Assembly (NCBI GenBank): GCA_964016885.1
Contig: OZ024740.1
Span: 384,462,001 to 384,526,000, forward strand
Reading direction: 5' to 3'
DNA: 64,000 bases
DNA from: Eledone cirrhosa
Taxonomy: Eukaryota
Both the position numbers and the translations under genes were made by a program. The stretch's first letter is position 1. Each line of letters begins with the position of its first letter. The notes beneath the pieces are model-generated. The model had not been told where the DNA came from. It did not search any database and was given only the letters and a program-made list of their open reading frames with translations. Shown piece after piece: positions 56,529 to 64,000 of this stretch.

Positions 56529-58611
56529 TTACCGTACTTTTGGTAGAGGAGGGATGGTTTTTACATCCCTTTTCACTTGATCGTCTGGTGAAGGGACCGT
56601 TGAATCGTCCCTTCGGCTGGTCGTCGGCTCTTCTAAGAGAATGTCTGAATATACTCTTCGATTGATAGTTCCTCCTAGGTCCCTGAAATCACCAACTGCG
56701 TTGGGGAATTTCGTTTTAATGTTTGTGTATTGTTTCTGTGCTATTTTTAGCAGTCTTATGTTAGTTGGCGTTTTGATTGGTGCTGATATTATGTAGTCCT
56801 GTTGTGAAATGTCTGTGTTCAATTATGTAAGTCATTAGTTTCTTGTTGTGTGTATTTATTGCCGTGCATTTGTTTTTCTGGGGGTGGGGTGTGGTTCTGC
56901 TATTTTCTTGTCGTTGTTGCTGGGTGTGTGTGCTTTGTTGTTGTGTTTGCGATGTTGGTGCTTGTGGTGGTGGTGTTGAAGGTGTTGTTGTTGTTGGCGG
57001 TGGGGTTGTCGCTGATGGTGATGGTTGTGCTAGTGTGGGTGGTGATGGTGTTGGTGGTGTTGCTGCTGCGAGTCTCTTTGCAGTAGGCTTTACCTTTTTT
57101 TCATTTCATTCCTCCCTTTTCTAACGCGACGATGCGCTGCTTCTGCGTTTGTGCCTTCTTACGACCTTTTTCCATCCCTCTCCCACCTCACACTCCATGT
57201 CTGATTCTGTGAGATCGGGGAGGGGTACCAGCTCCACTCTTTCACTTGTTGTTGGTGGTGATGTTTGCACTGGAGTCTCTGTTGCAGCTGCATTTGGTAT
57301 TACTGTTGTTGTTGTTAATATTTCCACTGCTGCTGCTGTTTTTGATTTCCGTGGCGTGGGTATGGGTGCCACAGACCTATCGTTCCTGGTTGCCGCTTGT
57401 CCTGTTGCTGGTAGCCGTGGAGCCGGATTCGGAAGGAGGGGGGTTTTCTCCTTTCTCAGGGTCTTCTCGTTGCAGAAGGCCCTGAGGTGAGTCTTCGATC
57501 CACAGCGAAAGCATTTCGGGCGTTTGCCCTCAACACTTATGGTCAGTTGAGTGCCGTTATCGAAGTCTATCACATCCGGGATAGCTTCGATGCACTCCTG
57601 GTTGGTTTGGATTAGCATCTCAATGGAGGTGCCGACCCAATCTTCTCTTACTTTTTTCTGTACTTGCAGTACAGTTGTTTTGTCCTCGATTCCGACGAGG
57701 ACAGACACGGCCAGCCAAGAAGGGGCCATTCCGGGGGGGACGTGGGTCAGTTTGACCCTTACAATTTTTTGCCCGCAGTAGGAGGGCACCAACACCATTT
57801 CCTCGCTCCTTAGGGTCACTACGGATTGGGCCTTTGCCTCCTGGGGTGTGGCAAAAAGTACGTCTACGGTGGCATATCTTTTGCCTCGGGTGATGTGCGT
57901 TTTCCGCTGCCACACAGACCCCAAGGCTTTTTGTATTTGGGCCTCTGTGGCTCTTTCCACCCTACGGGATTTTGTACTTACTGTACGGTACGTGACCGTA
58001 CAGTGCTGTTGGGTTTCGAAAAAATGTTCCGCTGCCCTGCAGATTGCTCGGTGTCCATTCTTTGTCACCATCTTCTTCGCTTCCTCTAATTCCTCATTTG
58101 TTATGAGGATTGTTTCCAAGTTTTTCGCAATACCTGCAAATGAGATTGGTTTTTCTTTGCTGCTGTTGTTGTCGTCAGAGCTGCTGTTACTTTTGTTGTT
58201 GCTGCAGGTACTACGACTACTGCCTCCGCCGCTGTTGCTGTGGTTGTTGTTGGTGTTGCTGCTGCTAATGCTGTTGTTGTTTATGCTGCTGGTGATGCTG
58301 TTGCGGCTGCTACTGTTGTTTTCATTGTCACTGTTGCTGTTGTTATTACGGCTGCTACTGCTATTATTCCTGACGTCAGGCGAATGAACTGGGTTTTCGT
58401 ATTTCCCGCACGCCTGTTTCGTCGCTGTCGTCGTCGTCGTGGAGAAACCTTGCACGCTTTGCACGAGACTTTTCTTTTCTTTCGTCGCTTGCGAAAGAGA
58501 AGGGAGGGAGAGAGACAATCTTCTCTCTGCTGTAGTGACGATTGAGGAAAAAGAAGACGGAATGAGTGGGAGTGACCTATGCAAATTCTTTTTTCGTAGC
58601 CATGTTGTCAT
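56529..58611 (-). pseudogene. Alternative Tx1 ORF1 (Ser/Asn-rich region, RRM-like core, CCHC knuckle)
   Basis: 507-aa ORF with CFRCGSKTHLRAFC; C-terminal fragment with KFPNAVGDFR ending PLPKVR*. Confidence 0.85.
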
Positions 58612-58847
58612 TTTTTTTTTGTTTAAAATAAATATTGGGTACAAAACCCCAATAAGCAGTTATTTAACCCCGAAGGGCCAAATAACGGGCAGAAAGACCC
58701 CTCTCACGAGGAGGAGGGTGTTTTTGTCTACAAGTTGGTCTAAGTTTTAAACAATTTACAATTGTTATAGCGTTCAAAATTTACAGTACCTTACAGAGTC
58801 GAGCCTCCGTCAACCATAGCATTCAATAATAATAATAATAATAATAA

Positions 58848-59663
58848 GTACCTTCTTTGAGAAAACTGAATTTAGAGATCCACAGACATGGAACTGGTTG
58901 AAAAGAGGATACCTTAAAAAGGCTAGAGAAGGAATGTTAATGGCTGCGCAGGAGCAGGCCCACAAAACGAAGTGGTTGAAACACCATATTTACAAGGAGG
59001 AGGCTAGCCCACTGTGCAGGATCTGTGGAGAGAGAAAGGAGACTATGGCTCACATTGTATCCGAGTGTAAACACCTAGCCCAGACTCACTATAAGGGCTG
59101 GAGACATGATGTGATGGGCAGGGTGATCCACTGGCACCTATGCAAAGTAAACAATTTACCACATTCTGAGAAGTGGTATGAGCATAAGCCAGAGGCGGTG
59201 ATAGAAAACGATCAGGTGAAGGTGCTGTGGGATTTTAGGATACAGACGAACATGAAACTTGAACACAATAGACCTGACCTGGTGGTTGTGGACAAAGAAA
59301 AAAGATCGTGCCTGATTGTGGATGTGGCCTGCCCATTCGACACAAGAGTGCAAGAGAAGGAGAGGGAGAAAATTAACCGATACCAGGACTTAAAGTGGGA
59401 GGTAAAAAGGATTTGGAACTGCCATGAAGTCAAAGTGATCCCGATTGTCATAGGCGCACTAGGGACTATCTCAACAAGTTTCCAGGGATGGTTAAAGAAA
59501 ATTAGCCCCTTCACGCTTTTTGGAACGCTTCAAAAGGCATGCTTGCTGGGAACAGCAAGAACCCTCCGATACGTCCTGAATATCTGAGGCTGCAGGTAGT
59601 GGCTTGATATTCATTTCAACAAACTTTCCAGTTAACTAACATCAATGACTGAGACTCAAAGAG
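58848..59663 (+). mobile_element. 5'-truncated R4/Dong-type element (same family as 46290-47356) in (TAA)n
   Basis: 229-aa CCHC + RLE ORF 58898-59587; 3' UTR matches that of the 46290-47356 copy; (TAA)n on both sides. Confidence 0.9.
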
Positions 59664-59675
59664 TAATAACAATAA

Positions 59676-59730
<55 letters not shown>

Positions 59731-59743
<13 letters not shown>

Positions 59744-59890
59744 GGACGATTTGTTATGTCTTCATTGCGTTTATTGATTACAGAGTCGGGCTAGATGGAT
59801 GCAGCTCGAACCTGGAGCTGATAAATAGTGAAACGCGCGTCACTACACAATAAATGTAATGAAGACAACAAATCGTCCTTTTATTATTAT
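59731..59890. repeat. Short fold-back element (~45-bp inverted arms)
   Basis: AATAAAAGGACGATTTGTT.TGTCTTCATT.C.TTTATTG / CAATAAATGTAATGAAGACAACAAATCGTCCTTTTATT; interior holds GAAACGCGCGTC (hammerhead 3' half). Confidence 0.75.
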
Positions 59891-59996
59891 ATTTACATTC
59901 CGCTTAGTTCTATACTTCTTTACAGACAGGAAACTACGCATCTAGTGCTTACTTGGGTGAACCTACGCTAACTGCAGGTTAAATACCTATATATAT

Positions 59997-60269
59997 GTGG
60001 GACTGGCTTTGTGCAGTGCCTTTGCTCACTATAAAAGCTTCACGGCACAGGCATTGCTTTATATCTGGATATCTCTCTGCACTTGTCCTCACATGGTACC
60101 ATGGGCCCAGCACTATGTGTCAATAATTGTCGTAAGTGTAGTGTTTGTACCAGAGTTTTCAAGTCGCTAGCTGGACTAAAAAGTCACACTCGTTCAGCGC
60201 CACGGTAGGGGTTCTCCTACATGGATATAAAGTAGTGGCCGTCCTCGAAAACGAGTTGGCAGCCACCAT
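59997..60269 (-). repeat. Second copy of the unclassified ~270-bp repeat
   Basis: Reverse complement of 20810-21082. Confidence 0.8.
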
Positions 60270-60270
60270 A

Positions 60271-60409
<139 letters not shown>

Positions 60410-60866
60410 GAAGAGAGAGAGACATATACATACATACTCACATACGATGCAGCGTATCCGAGTACATATATTCATATCCGTACTTGTGCTTGTGTGTACA
60501 AATGTATGCATAATGACCTAGCGCTTTCTATGTGTATATTTTAGCATGCATTCGAGTTATTAAATTGAAAGTTTCTTCGCCAACACTCGTCCGGTTTTGC
60601 GCGCGCGCCTCTGTTGTTTTCTGGTTTGTTTTGTGTGTATAATTAATCAACCAACGTACGACTTAGTAATATTTCTATTAACATGAGATTACATCTCCTC
60701 TCCAAACATGAACTGCTAATAGTTATAGCTCTCATTTCAATCTATGTATTTATCAGAAAAGTTGGTGGTATATTTTATTTAAAAAATCATAAGACTAAAT
60801 GTGTAACGTCGAAGTTTGATTACATATTCACAGGTTTTGCTATCCTTTTTCATTATTTCTTCCTTA

Positions 60867-61060
60867 TGCCGTGGATTGGCAGTATCGGTAGAGAGTCGGA
60901 CATCATGCTTTGCAGCATAGAGTTACGTCGCCTTATGATCTGAGTTCAAATCCCGGCCAGGTTAACTTTGCCTTTCATCCTTACGGGGGTCGATAAAATA
61001 AAGTACCAGTAATGCACTGGGTCATTGCTGGCCTTGTGCCAAAAGTAGGAACAATTATTT
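60867..61060 (+). mobile_element. tRNA-derived SINE with Nin-domain-like core
   Basis: A box TGGCAGTATCGG, B box GAGTTCAAATCC, CTTTGCCTTTCATCCTTACGGGGGTCGATAAAATAAAGTACCAG, tail GGCCTTGTGCCAAAAGTAGGAACAATTATT. Confidence 0.9.
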
Positions 61061-61944
61061 ATTTCTTATGCTCCATGATAATGCCTTATAACATTGCAGG
61101 TACCAGCTTACTTTTCTCATCCTCCGTGAAAGAAGACTTTCAACCATTTAATGCAGTGATTCAAATTGCTTGAGATAACAGCCAAAAGTATTTGATATTA
61201 TATTCTACACTCTTAAAAAAAGGAAAAACATGAAAGGATTTATTATAACTCACTAGACTGTTATCCTGCAAATTGGAAATGTAGTCTGCATACTAGAAGA
61301 GCACCAGAACGAACTTAGCTTATCAAGTGTCAGGAATGATTATAGACCACTCTCTGTTCAAAATCCAGTGGTTCCCCATTTATAAGTATGGGAAGTCCTT
61401 GTCATGCGCAGCTACAAATCTTACAAGGGAGATAACTCCGTGTCTCTTCAAGGTCAATAAAAAGGTAAGTCAGACTATCACAGGACACCTTTGGCAATAT
61501 ATTTCAAGATGGGTCTAAAACATAATGGTCAGAGCCGGTGTGATTTTGATGTTGTTCTGCCGTCAGATTTTACAGTGATCAAATCAAAAGCACGGCAACA
61601 AAGGCGCCTCACAATGTTCCCTCAAGCTACTACAAATAGCAGCCTACTGTTCCTCAAATCACAAACTGATGTTTTGATAATAGGATTAAAGCATATATTG
61701 GATAAAATAATCAGAGATATACATACTCTGCCTGAAATAAACCACATCGTTCATGGCTGGAACGCCTTGTATCATGTCCGATCGCTTAGAGACAACATAG
61801 GGCGACATAGCTGCACTAAAGGATTAGGATATACCAATTTATCAACACAACCTATAGAAAACAGCTCAAGAATAACGGTAGATTTGATAATTTGATAGCC
61901 GAAAACTTTGATTACTGTCGCAGTTTATTAAATAAATTATATCC

Positions 61945-62600
61945 ATTTATGTCGGTGAATATCGGATGGGATGCTTCAGTGTATTCGTTCTGGCTCTATG
62001 TATTCTGATTTCAATTCCCGCTGAGTTCAATTGTGCCCTTCACCCTTTGGATGAATAAAGTATCAGTCTATTACAGGGGCCAAGCTTTCCTCTATATCCC
62101 TGACAAATTTCCTCTCAATCACTCCTCCGTGTCTTTAAGAAATTGATTGTCATATTATCTGGAAATAGTTGGAAATTTCCAAGACATGCCATATATCACT
62201 CAGGGGCCCTATCATTGTATCATGGGCTGTGAGCCACATAAAATAATATCATTTATCTGAGAGTTCTAAACCCCATTATCAGGGTAAAATACATATATCC
62301 CGTGCACGCGTTCATTTCAGGTGTTTCTCCTCCATCTTTACTTCATGTCAATTGGCGGAAGCAATAGAACGCCAGAAAAAATGCCTTGTGATATTTATTC
62401 GACGTCCATTCCAGTTAAGTTCAATACTACTGATGTCAACTGTGCCTTTCATTCCTTAATACTTTATTCGATAAATAAACTACCAGCATTGGGTGATAAA
62501 CTGGTATAATCGTTAGAACCTCAGATAGAGCTTATTGCACTATTGACGCCAGATTTTTACCTTCTGGGTTTAAATGCTGTGTTAATCCTTCATCCCATTT
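61945..62600 (+). mobile_element. Cluster of old, diverged SINE remnants (about 61945-62070, 62352-62490, 62490-62600)
   Basis: Degenerate versions of the GTTCAA..., TGCC(T/C)TTCA(T/C)CC and GATAAAT..TACCAG motifs. Confidence 0.5.
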
Positions 62601-62950
62601 CACATTACTATGATACAATACAAGTCATGTCGTTTTCGGATGGTACATTAATTACTATATATGTAATACATTTGTAAGAACAGGCGATGTATTGATACGG
62701 ACACAGAGATGATGTTATTATATTGAGACAGTCCTTTGGACAGTCATGTCGATCTGGGCTTAAGTTTAATATATAATATATATATATATCAACAGTCGAT
62801 CAACAAGATCCCAAACCTCATTCTCTTAACGAGTGAAGTGGAGATAGTCAAATCATACAGAGGAAATAATGTTTCCATTGGTCTTTCCACTTTCCACTAT
62901 CTGTCGGTCGTAAATTTAGGCAGAAGGAGCAACGTGAAATGTGCCTTGTT

Positions 62951-63009
<59 letters not shown>

Positions 63010-63013
<4 letters not shown>

Positions 63014-64000
63014 ATACTTTGGGAGGGTCATGTTGCCAATAAGAAACACACGCACCAGTTGCTTTCACTTCAATTTATTATAATAAATTTATAATACATT
63101 TCTGGTGGGTTGGTTGGTTCCACAACCAGATAGTTGTTTATATATAGTCATAGTTCTTTCGTCACACACTCTGTGACCTCTTCAGTGACTGGGGATTCCT
63201 GTCTTTGTTCCTGTGCCTCCCCTTTGTTCTGTCCTACGCCATTTTGTTTCTGTGTGTGTGTTGTGTGCTCAGTCTGCGCATGCGTCACATCCGGGTGTCT
63301 GTGTGTGTTTATGTTCATTTATTTATTTGCAGGCGACATAGCTAACTTATTCATGGTATGGTGGGACAGTAGACTTAAACTTAAACTTAAAGAACAATTA
63401 GAAGACCCCTTAACCCTGATAATGTACTCCCGCTACGTAGATGATATAAACATCGTAGTTAAGACACCCTCACTAGAGAACAGACAGGAACTAGAGAAAA
63501 ACACAATGGAAAGCATCCAGCAAATAGAAAACTCCATCCACCAGAGCATTAGAGTTACTATAGACTACCCAAGTAAACACCCCAACCATCGATTACCTGT
63601 ACTAGACACAGAGCTCTGGTTAGATACCATTAACAACAAAAAATAAATCCTCCATTCCCATTATGCCAAACCCATGAATTCCAAACATCTGATCCACCGA
63701 AACTCGGTCATTTCGGACCATACCAAAATCAACATACTGATTGCGGATTTGGTACGGGTGATGAGAAATGTATCCCGCATGTGCAACCTCAAAGAACTAG
63801 AGAGACACATACAACACTTCATCCACCGTATGCAGTTCTCTGGCTACAATCAGAGAGATAAAATCAGAGTGTATAGAGGAGCCAGAACCAAATGGGAAAA
63901 AATGGTAAATAATGAAATAAATGGGACCTGCCCCTTGTATAGGAGCAAATTTTGGAATAGAATAGAAAGAACTAGGAACAAGGCTAATAGAATAAACTCA
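63010..64000 (+). mobile_element. Second Penelope-like element (different family): inverted pLTR (about 63010-63330) then 5'-truncated RT running off the window
   Basis: IANLFMVWWD..YSRYVDD..LPVLD..HYAKPM..RVMRNVS..RMQFSGY (one in-frame stop at 63644-63646); minus-strand hammerhead upstream. Confidence 0.8.
63146..63190 (-). ncRNA. Minimal type I hammerhead ribozyme
   Basis: Minus strand AGTCA-CTGAAGA-G-GTCACA(GAGTG)TGTGAC-GAAA-GAAC-TA-TGACT. Confidence 0.8.

Larger units (their letters stand above)
53341..58824 (-). mobile_element. Tx1 LINE with subfamily-C ORF2/3' UTR but a different ORF1/5' UTR; ~0.5-kb ORF2 deletion near 54055
   Basis: ORF2 near-identical to 47645-51063; sequence diverges upstream of about 56535; (TAA)n at both ends. 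Confidence 0.93.

Noticed and set aside
60867-60960. tRNA gene
   Set aside because: A/B boxes belong to the SINE head; no cloverleaf, continues into the SINE core
61327-61895. ORFs of 63 and 134 aa with a nearby AG|GTAAGT
   Set aside because: No recognisable homology or coherent exon structure
63315-63335. Splice-acceptor-like TTTGCAG|G at the start of the Penelope RT homology
   Set aside because: Coincides with the inverted-pLTR/5'-truncation junction; more simply explained by Penelope insertion structure

Overview
Gene-poor, repeat-saturated eukaryotic DNA. It is probably from a coleoid cephalopod, inferred only from the tRNA-derived Nin-domain-like SINE and the huge (TA)n/(TAA)n tracts. 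No host gene is supported. Contents: (1) six Tx1-clade (L1-group) LINEs on the minus strand, two inserted in (GATA)n and four in (TAA)n; (2) three R4/Dong-type RLE LINEs on the plus strand in the same (TAA)n tracts; (3) two Penelope-like elements with inverted pseudo-LTRs; (4) several fold-back or tandem non-coding elements in (TA)n tracts carrying minimal type I hammerhead ribozymes, including a 466-bp retrozyme-like tandem unit and four distinct hammerhead motifs with a compensatory U3-A8 core; (5) SINEs, a MITE, a Tc1/mariner remnant and microsatellites. The most striking observation concerns the Tx1 ORF1/ORF2 junctions. All four retained junctions, from three divergent subfamilies, contain a 37-53 nt GT-AG mini-intron. 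The ORF1 stop codon lies in its 5' end, and its removal fuses ORF1 in-frame to ORF2. This suggests splicing-controlled, Gag-Pol-like expression in a LINE. All coordinates and alignments were read by eye, and element boundaries are approximate.
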